This document shows positions 52,325 through 62,987 of a DNA stretch of 64,000 nucleotides, piece after piece. Source of the DNA: an uncultured Clostridia bacterium (GTDB taxonomy: Bacteria > Bacillota > Clostridia > Oscillospirales > CAG-272); contig CANQWE010000004.1 of the NCBI GenBank assembly GCA_947627475.1, positions 7 through 64,006 on the forward strand, given 5' to 3'. A model generated the notes under the pieces. The model did no database searches. It was not told the origin of the DNA and saw only the letters and a program-made list of their open reading frames with translations. Position 1 is the first letter of the stretch. Each line of letters starts with the position of its first letter. A program made the position numbers and the translations under genes.

Positions 52325-53189
52325 GCGCTGTCCCTTTCAAGACTCTTGCAATTTCGGCTGCACACGCTGCCGGGTCAAAAATATCCAAGGCCACATCGTA
52401 CCCGGCCTGACGGACATACCAGAGCAGCTCTGTCGTCTGGGGCACGTCCAGTCCCGCGTCCCACAGCTCCTGCGCCCTGCTGAAGACCTCTGTGGGCTTA
52501 CCCTCCATAATAATGCCGCCGCCCTGCATGACCAAAACCCGGTCTGCCATCGTCGCCTCGTTCATGTAGTGGGTGATGTGAATCACAGTGATCCCCTCTT
52601 CCCGGTTCAGCCGAGAAATGGTGTCCATTACTTCTTTTCTGCCGTGGGGATCCAGCATCGCGGTGCTTTCGTCAAATATGATGCATTTGCGGCGCATGGC
52701 GATAGCGCCTGCAATGGCCACCCGCTGTTTCTGTCCGCCGGACAGACGATGGGTGGCATGACGTGCATATTTGGTCATACCCACTGTCTCAAGTGCCCAA
52801 TCTACCCGACGGCGGATTTTTTCCGGAGCAAGGCCCAGATTCTCCGGTCCAAAAGCCACGTCCTCTTCTACGATAGTGGCCACCAGCTGGTTGTCCGGGT
52901 TCTGAAACACCATGCCCACCTTGCGGCGACCTTTGTTGATGTCCTCTTCCGTAATATCGTCTCTGGTCATATCTTCGCCGTCGATATAAAGCTTTCCCTC
53001 TCCCGGCTGGAGAATCATGCAAAGGATCTTGGCCAGGGTGGACTTGCCGCAGCCGTTGTGGCCGAGAATCGCCACAAATTCCCCTTCTTCAACGGAAAAG
53101 CTTACATCCCGCAGGGCCTCTACCGGACGGTCTTCCTCATCTCCCGGATAAGAATAGGATATATGTTCCGCTTTCATTATCGTACTCAT
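52305..53189 (-). CDS. ecfA1: Energy-coupling factor transporter ATPase (first ABC subunit)
   Basis: Walker A GHNGCGKST, signature LSGGQKQR. ATG at 53189 overlaps the upstream stop (ATGA). Confidence 0.92.
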   Translation of the reverse strand: MSTIMKAEHISYSYPGDEEDRPVEALRDVSFSVEEGEFVAILGHNGCGKSTLAKILCMILQPGEGKLYIDGEDMTRDDITEEDINKGRRKVGMVFQNPDNQLVATIVEEDVAFGPENLGLAPEKIRRRVDWALETVGMTKYARHATHRLSGGQKQRVAIAGAIAMRRKCIIFDESTAMLDPHGRKEVMDTISRLNREEGITVIHITHYMNEATMADRVLVMQGGGIIMEGKPTEVFSRAQELWDAGLDVPQTTELLWYVRQAGYDVALDIFDPAACAAEIARVLKGTAHGRDNT

Positions 53190-54097
53190 CTGCTTTTCCG
53201 ATTCCTTTGCTGTATTGTTCCCGGTGTCCACCGGGCGCTGGCTCCTGCAGGAAGAAGCAGACCTGTATCCTCTACCCGCAGGCCAAGCTCTCCCGTGTCG
53301 ATCCGGCCCTGGTTTCCCATCGCCTGCATCACCATATATCCCATTGTAGCCGGTGACAGGCCGGTGGTATACGAATTTACTAGAAAAAACAGGGGATCGT
53401 CTGTCATTAGTGACGCCGCAAGAGCGATCAGCTCATGGGCGCAGTCCTCCAATTTCCAAATTTCTCCTCCTGGGCCCCGTCCGTAAGAAGGCGGATCCAT
53501 AATCACCGCATCATACTTTCTGCCCCGCCGTATCTCTCGCTCTACAAACTTCTTACAGTCGTCTACGATATACCGCACCGGCGCATCTCCAAGTCCGGAC
53601 AGACGCAGGTTTTCTTTTGCGGCCTGCACCATTCCCTTCGCCGCGTCCACATGACATACAGAGGCGCCGGCAGCCGCAGCTGCCGCTGTAGCGCCGCCGG
53701 TATATGCAAACAGATTCAGTACTGCCGGCTTGCAGCCCTGGGCCACAGCATCTCGAATGATAGAGGAAAACCAGTCCCAGTTCACCGCCTGCTCCGGAAA
53801 CAGCCCGGTATGTTTAAACCCCATAGGACGAAGCTGAAAAGTCAGGGGGCCGTAGGAAATATTCCAGCTTTCGGGAATATTGCACACCTTCCAGGATCCG
53901 CCCCCGGACCGGCTTCTTTTGTATACGGCGTCCGCCGCCCTCCAAAGAGGATTTTCTCGCTCTGTGTGCCAGATCACCTGAGGATCCGGACGGATGAGAA
54001 TATACTTTCCCCATCGTTCCAGCCGCTCGCCGGACGAAGCATCCAGCAGTGCGTAGTCTTTCCATGCATCGTTTGCCCACATTGTGTACTTCACCAA
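53186..54097 (-). CDS. Class I SAM-dependent rRNA methyltransferase (RlmI/RlmK-like)
   Basis: LNLFAYTGGAT SAM motif I and IMDPPSYG motif IV. Confidence 0.8.
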   Translation of the reverse strand: MVKYTMWANDAWKDYALLDASSGERLERWGKYILIRPDPQVIWHTERENPLWRAADAVYKRSRSGGGSWKVCNIPESWNISYGPLTFQLRPMGFKHTGLFPEQAVNWDWFSSIIRDAVAQGCKPAVLNLFAYTGGATAAAAAAGASVCHVDAAKGMVQAAKENLRLSGLGDAPVRYIVDDCKKFVEREIRRGRKYDAVIMDPPSYGRGPGGEIWKLEDCAHELIALAASLMTDDPLFFLVNSYTTGLSPATMGYMVMQAMGNQGRIDTGELGLRVEDTGLLLPAGASARWTPGTIQQRNRKSR

Positions 54098-54106
54098 ATT
54101 TCTATG

Positions 54107-54604
54107 TTATTGATTGTAAAACTGTCCGATCCGGGAAAAGGTGCTGTGTCCGTGACATATGGCAATTGCCAGCGCATCCGCCGTATCGTCCGGCTTAGGC
54201 GGCTGGCGCAGTCCCAGAAAAGACGTTACCATTGTAATTACCTGCTTTTTATCCGCGCGTCCATAGCCTACGACAGACTGCTTCACCTGCAGGGGCGTGT
54301 ACTCCGAAATCGGAACCCCACGCTGATGGGCCGTCATTAAAATCACGCCTCTGGCCTCGGATACGATGATGCCCGTCTTTTGGTTGGTATTCCAAAACAG
54401 TTCTTCCACGCACATGGCGTCCGGGCGGTACTTGTCCAAAATCTGACCAAGGGCCTCATGGATCTGCAGCAGCCGCTCTTCCGTTTTCTCCCCGGCTTTG
54501 GTTTGAATCGAACCGTAAGCCAGAGGGACAAAGCTTCTCCCATCGTATCGCAGCACGCCCCATCCTACAATGGCGATTCCGGGGTCTATCCCAAGTATGA
54601 TCAT
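54107..54604 (-). CDS. ruvC: Crossover junction endodeoxyribonuclease RuvC
   Basis: MIILGIDPG N-terminus, EELF and DAADALA-type motif (DTADALAIA). Start set to the ATG at 54604. Confidence 0.92.
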   Translation of the reverse strand: MIILGIDPGIAIVGWGVLRYDGRSFVPLAYGSIQTKAGEKTEERLLQIHEALGQILDKYRPDAMCVEELFWNTNQKTGIIVSEARGVILMTAHQRGVPISEYTPLQVKQSVVGYGRADKKQVITMVTSFLGLRQPPKPDDTADALAIAICHGHSTFSRIGQFYNQ

Positions 54605-54810
54605 TTTCCTGCCCCGCTTTCTCTGCGAATTTGCAACCCAGATCCGCAAAGCCACAATATGGCATTTTAAAGATTATGTTATTATACCATACTTTCCGCG
54701 TCCAGTCAAAGGAAGCGGCAGAAAAAAACGGGATTTTACAATTTTATTACATTTGTTGAGAGGCCCCGCCCCGACACAACGGATCCTGTGCAAAAATTCC
54801 CTTTTCTTCT

Positions 54811-54838
54811 TTACATTGAAAAGGGGTTGTGTTATACT
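54811..54838 (+). promoter_or_regulatory. Candidate promoter for the DUF951-YfhO-ruvAB unit
   Basis: TTACAT, 16 nt, TATACT with TGt extended -10, 58 nt upstream of the ATG at 54896. Confidence 0.45.
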
Positions 54839-54895
54839 AAAGTATCTATTGCTTTGCTGCAAATGTTTCAGAAACAAAAGGATATACTGTAAATC

Positions 54896-55126
54896 ATGTC
54901 GGAAATATTAAAATTTTGCATAGGGGATGTGCTGGAGCTGAAAAAACCGCACCCCTGCGGAGAAAAACGCTTCACTGTACTGCGGCTGGGCAGCGACGTG
55001 CGCATCGTCTGCAGCGGCTGCGGGCGGGATATGACACTACCCAGAGTAAAGCTGGAAAAGGCCGTAAAAAAGATTCACCCGGCGCATGCCGACACTTCCA
55101 AGAAAGGATCATGCAAACATGAATAA
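54896..55126 (+). CDS. DUF951 family small protein
   Basis: GDVLELKKPHPCG ... RIVCSGCGR pattern as I recall for DUF951. Confidence 0.75.
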   Translation: MSEILKFCIGDVLELKKPHPCGEKRFTVLRLGSDVRIVCSGCGRDMTLPRVKLEKAVKKIHPAHADTSKKGSCKHE

Positions 55127-58025
55127 TATACCTTCGGAGATCGTCCCTGTAGAAACGTCTGCGCAAAAGAAAACGGACAAGCCGCCTGTACTGCTAGCAC
55201 CTCGCCTGGGAAGGCAGTCCTTTTGGAAATCAGTATTTGGCCAGTGGCGGTATCTGGGCCTATGTTTTTTGGTCCCCGCACTGATTATGTGGCTAATTTA
55301 TATTTGCTTGCAAACGTTTCCCTTTGGAGAAGAATCTGTGCTTGTGCTGGATCTCAACGGACAATATGTATACTTTTTCGAAGGACTGCGTGACATTCTC
55401 TTGGGGGAGAGCAGCCCGATCTATTCCTTCAGCCGGGCCCTTGGCGGTGAGTTTTTTGGAATTTTTGCCTACTATCTCTCCAGCCCCTTCTCTTTTCTCG
55501 TACTCTTATTTCCCAAGTCTATGATTACAGAAGCCCTGCTGCTTATGTTCCTCTTGAAGGTAGGCAGCTGCGGTCTTACCTTTGGCATCTATATTGAAGC
55601 CACACGAAAGAGAAGCAAAACGGCAACGGTGATGTTCTCCTGCATGTACGCTCTGTGTGCCTATGCCGTGGTCATGCAGCACAACACCATGTGGATCGAC
55701 AATATGATTATGCTGCCCCTGGTGATGCTGGGGATCGAAAACCTGATCAAATACGGCAAATTCAAACTTTACGTAATCAGCCTTACCTTAGCGATCTTTA
55801 GCAACTTCTATATCGGCTACATGATGTGCATCTTCTCTGCCGTCTATTTCTTCTACGCGTATTTTTCCAGGGATCCAGAGGAACGCAATCCCCTTGGAAT
55901 GCGCCATCACTTTGCCAAAAGCGCTGGGCGTTTTGCTTTGTTTTCCATTATCGCGGCGGCGATCTGCGCTGCCCTGCTTCTGTGTACCTACTACTCGCTT
56001 AGTTTTGGGAAAACAGAGTTTTCCAACCCCAATTATGCCTTCAATCAGAAGTTTGACTGGATGGACCTGGTATCCAAACTGTTTATCGGTTCTTACGATA
56101 CGGTGCGTCCCGAGGGGCTTCCGTTTGTTTACTGCGGTACGCTGACATTGATTCTTCTGCCCCTGTACTTTTTTGCCCCGCATATCAAAACCAGAGAAAA
56201 GGTTGCTTCCAGTCTGCTGATCGCCTTTTTCCTGCTTTCCTTCAACATTACTACATTGGACCTGTTCTGGCACGGCATGCAGCGTCCCAACTGGCTGAAC
56301 TACCGCTACAGCTTCATGCTTTGCTTTGTCATGGTGCTGCTGGCTTATAAAGCCTTTGAACGGATTCGGGAAATCGGGTATCGCAAGGTATTGGCTGTCT
56401 GCGGCACCCTGGCGCTGATTTTGATCATCCTGCAAAAAATGGAATATGAACATGTAAACGATTTGGCCACCATCTGGCTGTCTCTGCTGATTGTCGGAGT
56501 TTATATGCTGATTCTGCGGGCTTCCACCCATCCAACGGCCTATATGCGCAGCACCGCCTCTCTGGTGCTGGCCATTTTAGTCGGCGTGGAGCTTTTCGGT
56601 GCAGGAATCGCCAACCTGATCGATTTGGATAACGACGTAGTCTACTCCAGCAGAACCTCCTACCGGTCCTTTATCGATCGCTTCCTTCCCGTAGTAGAAG
56701 AAGTGCAAAAACAGGATGAGAGTTTCTATCGTATGGAGAAAACCCTCCACAGAAAAACCAACGATCCCTATGCGCTGCATATGTACGGGTTGTCCAACTC
56801 CACCTCTACCCTGAATCAGGAAACCATCAAGCTTTTAAATAACCTGGGACTTTCCTCCAAATCCCACTGGAGCAAGTATTTGGGCTCCACCCCCGTAGTG
56901 GACGCTCTGCTCGGCATCAAATATTTGATTGCGGAAGCGGGAGACGATTCGGTACCGGACTTTTACGAGGCTGTATATACCAGTCAAAATGAAGATACGG
57001 GAAAAGACGATCTAACAGCCTTTGAAAACCCCTATGCGCTTTCTCTTGCATACGCCGTAAATAAAGACCTGGAAACCTTAAATATCAACGACGAATCTTA
57101 TGCCTCTCCTTTTGAACGTCTGAATGCGATTGTGGACAGTATGCTGGGCGATAATGCACAAGGCCCCATGTTCAAGGCCCAAAGCTTTACGGAGGAAATC
57201 TCTCCCTCCCTTACTGCATCTACTGTGTCCGGGCATACCAAGTACGCAAAAAACGGCAATTCCAGCGAAGCTACCGTCACGTATACGCTGCAAATCACCT
57301 CCTCTGACACCCTGTACTGCTATTTCCCCAGCAATTATGCAAGGGAAGCAGATCTTTATGTCAACGGAGTAAAACGGGGCACCTTTTTCGGCAACGAAAC
57401 GTTCCGTATCGTGGAGCTCGGCACCTTCGAGCCGGGAGATCAGGTGATGATATCGCTGACACTACTGGGGGATGAACTGTATATTAAGCAGGGCGAGCAT
57501 TACTTCTACTATATGGATACAAAAGCTTTGGAGGGGGCAATGCCGCTGCTGGCAGAAAACCAATACCAGATTTCTTCCTATCGGGAAGACTCCTTCACTG
57601 GTACCATCACGGTGACAGAAGATAAGAATTTGGTCTTTACCTCGATCCCCTACGATGAAGGCTGGAACATCTATGCCAATGGAGAAAAAGTCACACCTGT
57701 AAAACTGCTGGACGGCCTGATCGGATTCTATCTGGATCCGGGCGTATATACTTTGGAGCTGAAATATTGGCCCTCCTGCCTGACTATAGGACTGATCGGC
57801 TCCGCCATAGGCTTGTGTGCCTTTGCCGCTGCATGGATTCTCAGCGAGCGATACAGAAAAAGAAAGATTTTTGCAGGGTGTCCCGTATATGTACCCTGCA
57901 GCTTAAATGAAGAGATCTGCATCGAAGAAGCAGAAGCGCCCCAGGCTGAAACCTTCCAGCAGATCCAGTTGGAAATGGAAGAAAATACGCCGACGCCGAC
58001 GGAAGACAAGGAGGACCAGGTATGA
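55119..58025 (+). CDS. YfhO family polytopic membrane protein (glycosyltransferase-like)
   Basis: About 968 aa with many TM segments in the first 480 residues, then a large extracytoplasmic domain and a final TM. Start set to the ATG at 55119, overlapping the DUF951 stop. Confidence 0.8.
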   Translation: MNNIPSEIVPVETSAQKKTDKPPVLLAPRLGRQSFWKSVFGQWRYLGLCFLVPALIMWLIYICLQTFPFGEESVLVLDLNGQYVYFFEGLRDILLGESSPIYSFSRALGGEFFGIFAYYLSSPFSFLVLLFPKSMITEALLLMFLLKVGSCGLTFGIYIEATRKRSKTATVMFSCMYALCAYAVVMQHNTMWIDNMIMLPLVMLGIENLIKYGKFKLYVISLTLAIFSNFYIGYMMCIFSAVYFFYAYFSRDPEERNPLGMRHHFAKSAGRFALFSIIAAAICAALLLCTYYSLSFGKTEFSNPNYAFNQKFDWMDLVSKLFIGSYDTVRPEGLPFVYCGTLTLILLPLYFFAPHIKTREKVASSLLIAFFLLSFNITTLDLFWHGMQRPNWLNYRYSFMLCFVMVLLAYKAFERIREIGYRKVLAVCGTLALILIILQKMEYEHVNDLATIWLSLLIVGVYMLILRASTHPTAYMRSTASLVLAILVGVELFGAGIANLIDLDNDVVYSSRTSYRSFIDRFLPVVEEVQKQDESFYRMEKTLHRKTNDPYALHMYGLSNSTSTLNQETIKLLNNLGLSSKSHWSKYLGSTPVVDALLGIKYLIAEAGDDSVPDFYEAVYTSQNEDTGKDDLTAFENPYALSLAYAVNKDLETLNINDESYASPFERLNAIVDSMLGDNAQGPMFKAQSFTEEISPSLTASTVSGHTKYAKNGNSSEATVTYTLQITSSDTLYCYFPSNYAREADLYVNGVKRGTFFGNETFRIVELGTFEPGDQVMISLTLLGDELYIKQGEHYFYYMDTKALEGAMPLLAENQYQISSYREDSFTGTITVTEDKNLVFTSIPYDEGWNIYANGEKVTPVKLLDGLIGFYLDPGVYTLELKYWPSCLTIGLIGSAIGLCAFAAAWILSERYRKRKIFAGCPVYVPCSLNEEICIEEAEAPQAETFQQIQLEMEENTPTPTEDKEDQV

Positions 58026-58633
58026 TTTACTGTCTTACCGGAGAGCTGATCGATCTGGATGCCCTGGCTATGACTGCAGTCATCGACTGCTGCGGGGTGG
58101 GCTACAAGGTAGCCGTCACCGGCAACACGCTGACGAAGCTCAATCAGCCCACTGCCGCAAAGGATAAAACACGTCTGTACACCTTCATGGCCGTTCGGGA
58201 AGATGCAGTAGAGCTGTATGGCTTTTATACTACCGAAGAGCTGGATACCTTCCGTATGCTGATCAGCGTATCCGGGGTAGGTCCAAAAGCAGCTGTCGCC
58301 ATTTTGTCTATTATGACCCCTGCAGCTCTGTCGGCAGCAATTCAGGCGGAGGATGCAAAGGCTTTGTCCCGCGCTCAGGGTGTGGGTGCGAAAACTGCCG
58401 CACGTATCGTACTGGAATTAAAAGACAAATTTGCAAAAAAACTGTTTGCAGACGCTCCCTCGGCGCCGGCTGCACCTGCCGCGGCCGGGGGCGGCCATTT
58501 GTCCGACGCCAGAGACGCGCTGCTCGTACTGGGATATTCCAGAAACGAAATTACAGCAGCGCTGCAGGGACTGGATCCTGCCAAAGATACAGAAGAGATC
58601 ATCCGCATAGCTCTGTCCAAGCTGATGAAATAA
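58022..58633 (+). CDS. ruvA: Holliday junction DNA helicase subunit RuvA
   Basis: Typical N-terminus MIYCLTGEL, HhH motifs ([15 protein letters not shown]). ATG overlaps the yfhO stop (ATGA). Confidence 0.93.
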   Translation: MIYCLTGELIDLDALAMTAVIDCCGVGYKVAVTGNTLTKLNQPTAAKDKTRLYTFMAVREDAVELYGFYTTEELDTFRMLISVSGVGPKAAVAILSIMTPAALSAAIQAEDAKALSRAQGVGAKTAARIVLELKDKFAKKLFADAPSAPAAPAAAGGGHLSDARDALLVLGYSRNEITAALQGLDPAKDTEEIIRIALSKLMK

Positions 58634-58643
58634 TGAGGCATAC

Positions 58644-59708
58644 ATGAACGAATACGAAAACGAAATGGATTTTGAAGACCGAATTCTGGAAACGTCTTAT
58701 ACTGCAGAAGATGCAGAAACGGAATTCAGCCTGCGCCCCCGCACTCTGGATGAATATATCGGTCAGGAAAAGGCCAAGGAAATTCTGAAAATCTATATTG
58801 ACGCTGTCAAGCTGCGGGGCGACACGTTGGATCACGTCCTGCTGTACGGTCCGCCGGGGCTTGGTAAAACTACCCTGTCCGCAATCATAGCGGCAGAGCT
58901 CGGCGTGAACTTTCGGGTCACCAGCGGGCCTGCCATTGAAAAGCAGGGGGATTTGGCTGCTCTGCTCACCAATCTTGGCGCGGGAGACGTGCTGTTTATC
59001 GATGAGATCCACCGACTGAATCGAAACGTGGAAGAAATACTCTACCCTGCTATGGAGGACTTTGCCCTGGATATTATCATCGGCAAGGGTCCTGCTGCCA
59101 GAAGCATCCGCCTGCCCCTTCAGCATTTTACGCTGATCGGCGCGACCACCCGCGCCGGGCAGCTGACCACGCCGCTGCGGGACCGGTTCGGCGTGCTGCT
59201 GCGGCTGGAGCTGTACTCCCCAAAGGAGCTTGCACAGATCGTTACCCGAAGCGCGGGCATTCTGGACATTCCCATCACAGAGGATGGGGCGCTGGAAATC
59301 GCCTCCCGCTCCAGGGGAACACCTCGAATCGCCAATCGGCTTCTCAAACGTGTGCGGGACTATGCCCAGGTAAAGGGAGACGGACGTATCACGCTGGAAA
59401 GTGCATCGGCTGCGCTGCGGATGCTGGAAATCGATGAGCTGGGCCTGGACAATACGGACCGAAGAATGCTGGAAACCATCATTCACTTTTATAACGGCGG
59501 ACCTGTAGGGTTGGAAACGCTTTCTGCTACCATCGGCGAAGAAGCCATCACCATTGAAGACGTGTATGAGCCCTATCTGATGCAGATCGGGTTCGTCTCC
59601 AGAACCCCCAGAGGACGCTGCGTAACCAAGCTGGCATATGAGCATTTGGGGATTCCATACCGGCCGGACAGTGATGCCGCTCCAGGTCAAATTCCTATAG
59701 AAGAATAA
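58644..59708 (+). CDS. ruvB: Holliday junction DNA helicase RuvB
   Basis: [11 protein letters not shown], Walker [16 protein letters not shown]. Confidence 0.97.
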   Translation: MNEYENEMDFEDRILETSYTAEDAETEFSLRPRTLDEYIGQEKAKEILKIYIDAVKLRGDTLDHVLLYGPPGLGKTTLSAIIAAELGVNFRVTSGPAIEKQGDLAALLTNLGAGDVLFIDEIHRLNRNVEEILYPAMEDFALDIIIGKGPAARSIRLPLQHFTLIGATTRAGQLTTPLRDRFGVLLRLELYSPKELAQIVTRSAGILDIPITEDGALEIASRSRGTPRIANRLLKRVRDYAQVKGDGRITLESASAALRMLEIDELGLDNTDRRMLETIIHFYNGGPVGLETLSATIGEEAITIEDVYEPYLMQIGFVSRTPRGRCVTKLAYEHLGIPYRPDSDAAPGQIPIEE

Positions 59709-59743
59709 ATCAATCATCTATTTACCATGGAGGTATACATATT

Positions 59744-61267
59744 ATGTTCCATTCACCAAAGCTTTCCCTTTCCGATATCCTGGGAAGGGACTACACCACT
59801 GCAGTTGCCCGGGCAAATGACGCCCTTGGGGTCATGTCCTACGATGATACGATGGCTGCAGCAGACGAGAAGATCGACTTTTATCCTCTGGAAAAGCAGC
59901 AAAAAAACGACCAGATGCTTACCAAGGTAGGCACACAGATCATGCCTGCCTACGACAGCGGTGAGCCCGGTGCCGGCACCAACGCCTTTATGAAAATGGC
60001 CCCTGTTACCGGATTTTGTAATTTCCGGGTTGGAGAAGACGGCAAGCTGTACCTGCTTGGCAAAAGCGAGCACTATCACACGCCTCTGGGACACCGGTTT
60101 GACGGCTACAAGCTGATCGACAACGCCCGCAGAATCGGCATACTCAACGCCACCCACAATAACACCCGCGGGTATATTACCCGTCTGATGGAACGGCGCA
60201 TCGTCCAGATGGCAAACGGCATTGCATGGGATGATGACGCAGCCACGGAAAAAGTGCTGGCTTCTAAGGAAGAACACGTGCTTAACCGTGTTATCAATCT
60301 GGAAACAGGATCCATCGCTTGCGAAGCAGGACTGAAGATGATGCTGACCCGGTTTTACAAATTAGACAACACCTTCGACACGCCCAAATACGCTGGAAAA
60401 ACCCCTGTATTCTTTATCATCGGTGACAAAAACGGCGGTGTGGAAGGCAACTATCACGGCACTTCTGTGATCGCTCAGACGCTGCGTGGGCTTTGGCCGG
60501 AAATTCGTGACGCCGCCGGGGACGCCGGCCTGTATAAAGTGGTTCCGGTAACCATCAACGATCTGGCCGATTTTGAGGCCAAAATCAAAAAATACAATAC
60601 CGGCAACTATAAAACTGCAGGCTTTGCCCATGAGATCATCCTGATGAACTACGGCGGCATCCGCCTGACCAAAGAATTTCTCCAAGGCGCATATGCCCTT
60701 TGTCAGGAATATGACACCCCTACCATGTGTGATGAAATTCAGTCCTGTATGTGGTATAAGGGCGCGTTTTTGTTCCGTCTGTACGGCCTGGAGCCGGATT
60801 TCTCCATTGTTGGCAAGGGCTTCCCCGGCGGCGAATATCCCGCATCCAAAATCATCACCACCGCACCCATGGATACTTTAAACCAGTTTGGCGCGCTGGT
60901 AACCAACGGCCAGGAAGAGCTTGCTTCCCTGGCATATCTCATCACCATGACCTTCATGCAGGCCAATGGAGATGTAATTGAGCAAATCGGCAGCCGGTTT
61001 GAAACCGGTCTGCGTCGAGTTATGGAAAAGCACAGCAATATTATCCTGGATGTGGAAGGCGAGGCCCATTTGGCCGCCCTGCACTTCCACACGGTAGAGG
61101 ACGCAGCTGCCTTTGCTGATAAGATGAAAGCTGCCTGTATCGATGCCTCCGCACAGATTTATAAAGCAAACTGCCTGCCGGCTATGCTTATGAAGCCGCC
61201 GATCATCGCCAGCGAAGCCACGGTGGATTATATCGTAAACACCATCGACACCCTGCTCTCCAAATAA
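59744..61267 (+). CDS. Class-III aminotransferase-like PLP enzyme with an N-terminal extension of about 130 aa
   Basis: ETGSIACEAGLKM, YHGTS, DEIQSCMWYKG, VGKGFPGG line up with class-III motifs (SGSEAxE, HGxT, DEVQTG, GKGLGGG). Specificity unknown. Confidence 0.65.
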   Translation: MFHSPKLSLSDILGRDYTTAVARANDALGVMSYDDTMAAADEKIDFYPLEKQQKNDQMLTKVGTQIMPAYDSGEPGAGTNAFMKMAPVTGFCNFRVGEDGKLYLLGKSEHYHTPLGHRFDGYKLIDNARRIGILNATHNNTRGYITRLMERRIVQMANGIAWDDDAATEKVLASKEEHVLNRVINLETGSIACEAGLKMMLTRFYKLDNTFDTPKYAGKTPVFFIIGDKNGGVEGNYHGTSVIAQTLRGLWPEIRDAAGDAGLYKVVPVTINDLADFEAKIKKYNTGNYKTAGFAHEIILMNYGGIRLTKEFLQGAYALCQEYDTPTMCDEIQSCMWYKGAFLFRLYGLEPDFSIVGKGFPGGEYPASKIITTAPMDTLNQFGALVTNGQEELASLAYLITMTFMQANGDVIEQIGSRFETGLRRVMEKHSNIILDVEGEAHLAALHFHTVEDAAAFADKMKAACIDASAQIYKANCLPAMLMKPPIIASEATVDYIVNTIDTLLSK

Positions 61268-61287
61268 AAAAGGCAGGACAAAATCAT

Positions 61288-62733
61288 ATGCTTGTAATCG
61301 GACTTGACGTAGGCACAACGGGAACCAAAGCCATTGTTGCAGATGAAAGAGGGACTGTTTTGTCCGCAGGGTATCAGGAATATACCCTGACCAGCCAGGG
61401 AGGCCTTGTGACGCAGAATGCAGAGGACTGGTGGAACGCAGCTGTGTACGCGATCCGTACTGCTTTGCAGTCTGTCAATGCATCAAATGTACGCGCCATC
61501 GGCATCTCAACCCAAGGCGCCAGTATGCTTGCAGCAAAAAAAGACGGCACCCCGCTGTCGCAGGTCATCACCTGGATGGACATTCGTGCAGAGAAAGAAG
61601 CCGCCATCCTTTCTGATACCCTCGGCAAAGAAGTCATTTACCGTAAGTGCGGATGGCTTCCTAATCCTTCTCTGGACGCAGCGAAAATTCTATGGATGAA
61701 GGAGCACGATCCAGAGACGTTTGCAAAGGCGGATACTTTTATCTCTACACTGGAATATATCAATATAAAGCTAACTGGACAAAACTGTATCGACCCAACA
61801 AACGCGGCCATTCGTCAGATGTTTGACATGGAAAGCGGAGCCTGGGACGAAGGCATTTTGCATCTGCTGGGTATCTCCCGGGATCGGCTGCCGCAGGTGC
61901 TCCCGGTGGGCAGCCCCGTAGGCACCCTTACGGAAGAAGCAGCGGCAGCCCTGGGTCTTTCCAGAGATGTGACTGTATACAACGGCGCCCACGATCAGTA
62001 CTGTGCTTCCATTGGATCCGGCGCGGTAGATACGGGGGATATGCTTCTGGCAACAGGTACCACCTGGGTGGTGCTGGGCGTAACAGACCGTCTCCTGTAT
62101 ACAGATAACCACATATGCCCCGGCATCCATCCTGTGCAGGGCAAATTCGGCGCTATGGCCTCTCTGGTCAGCGCAGGCAGCGCCCTCAACTGGTATAAGA
62201 ATATCATTGGCGCAGATTTTCGAACCATGGACAAGGAAGCAGCCGCCCGCGCAGAAGGAGCAAAGGATCTTTTTGTTCTTCCCTATGTGCTGGGAGCAGG
62301 CTTCCCGCACAATCGTACCGATCTGCGGGGCGCTATGTTTGGCCTGGACGCTGGTCACGATCGGTATCATATCGCCCGGGCTGTGATGGAAGGCGTCGCC
62401 TTTGAAACATCGATCGTCTTGGAGCAGTTTGCCGCCCAGGGTATGCAGATTGACAGGCTGATGATGACCGGCGGCGCTGCCCGCAGTGACGTTTGGAGTG
62501 AGATTGTGGGATACGTCACCGGCTGTCAGATTTACCGTCCAAGTGAGCCGGAAACCTGCTGCCTCGGTGCTGCCATGATCGCCTTTGTGGGGCTGGGCGT
62601 TTACCAAGATTTCCACGTCTGCCGCAGCGCTATGGTGAAAAGCCGCAGGCTGGAGATGCCGGATCAGGGAATGTACGATTTTTATCGGGAAAAAGGTGCG
62701 CGCTATCGTACTCTGGTGCAAAAGCTTCTGTAA
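61288..62733 (+). CDS. FGGY family carbohydrate kinase
   Basis: LVIGLDVGTTGTKA N-terminus and a C-terminal GGAARS motif. Confidence 0.9.
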   Translation: MLVIGLDVGTTGTKAIVADERGTVLSAGYQEYTLTSQGGLVTQNAEDWWNAAVYAIRTALQSVNASNVRAIGISTQGASMLAAKKDGTPLSQVITWMDIRAEKEAAILSDTLGKEVIYRKCGWLPNPSLDAAKILWMKEHDPETFAKADTFISTLEYINIKLTGQNCIDPTNAAIRQMFDMESGAWDEGILHLLGISRDRLPQVLPVGSPVGTLTEEAAAALGLSRDVTVYNGAHDQYCASIGSGAVDTGDMLLATGTTWVVLGVTDRLLYTDNHICPGIHPVQGKFGAMASLVSAGSALNWYKNIIGADFRTMDKEAAARAEGAKDLFVLPYVLGAGFPHNRTDLRGAMFGLDAGHDRYHIARAVMEGVAFETSIVLEQFAAQGMQIDRLMMTGGAARSDVWSEIVGYVTGCQIYRPSEPETCCLGAAMIAFVGLGVYQDFHVCRSAMVKSRRLEMPDQGMYDFYREKGARYRTLVQKLL

Positions 62734-62987
62734 TAGAGTATCCCTATGAGATTTTTGTCTTCTTTACCAATGTTCCAATAATACTCTACCTATGGATATG
62801 CAAAGTAAGCAAATACTCTTCCATGGATTTTATTGGGACCATCTTTGGCCACCAGTTGTGTTATTATTCAGAGTAAATAAAGTAAACCTACAGTTTACGA
62901 AACTCTACCTTTCTTCGGTTTACTCTTTTGGGATGGTGTATTATACTAAAACGAAATACAGCAAAGAATGCAAAGGAGACAAATCAA

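Noticed and set aside
51473-54340. Plus-strand ORFs 51473-52483, 52095-53486 and 53435-54340
   Set aside because: They are antisense to ecfA2, ecfA1 and the methyltransferase. Such long reverse frames are expected in GC-richer stretches.
55788-56531. 247-aa minus-strand ORF
   Set aside because: It is antisense to the YfhO gene. It is hydrophilic and Gln/Gly/Lys-rich, with no start context.
58599-59717. 372-aa minus-strand ORF
   Set aside because: It is antisense to ruvB.
61771-62721. 316-aa minus-strand ORF
   Set aside because: It is antisense to the FGGY kinase gene.
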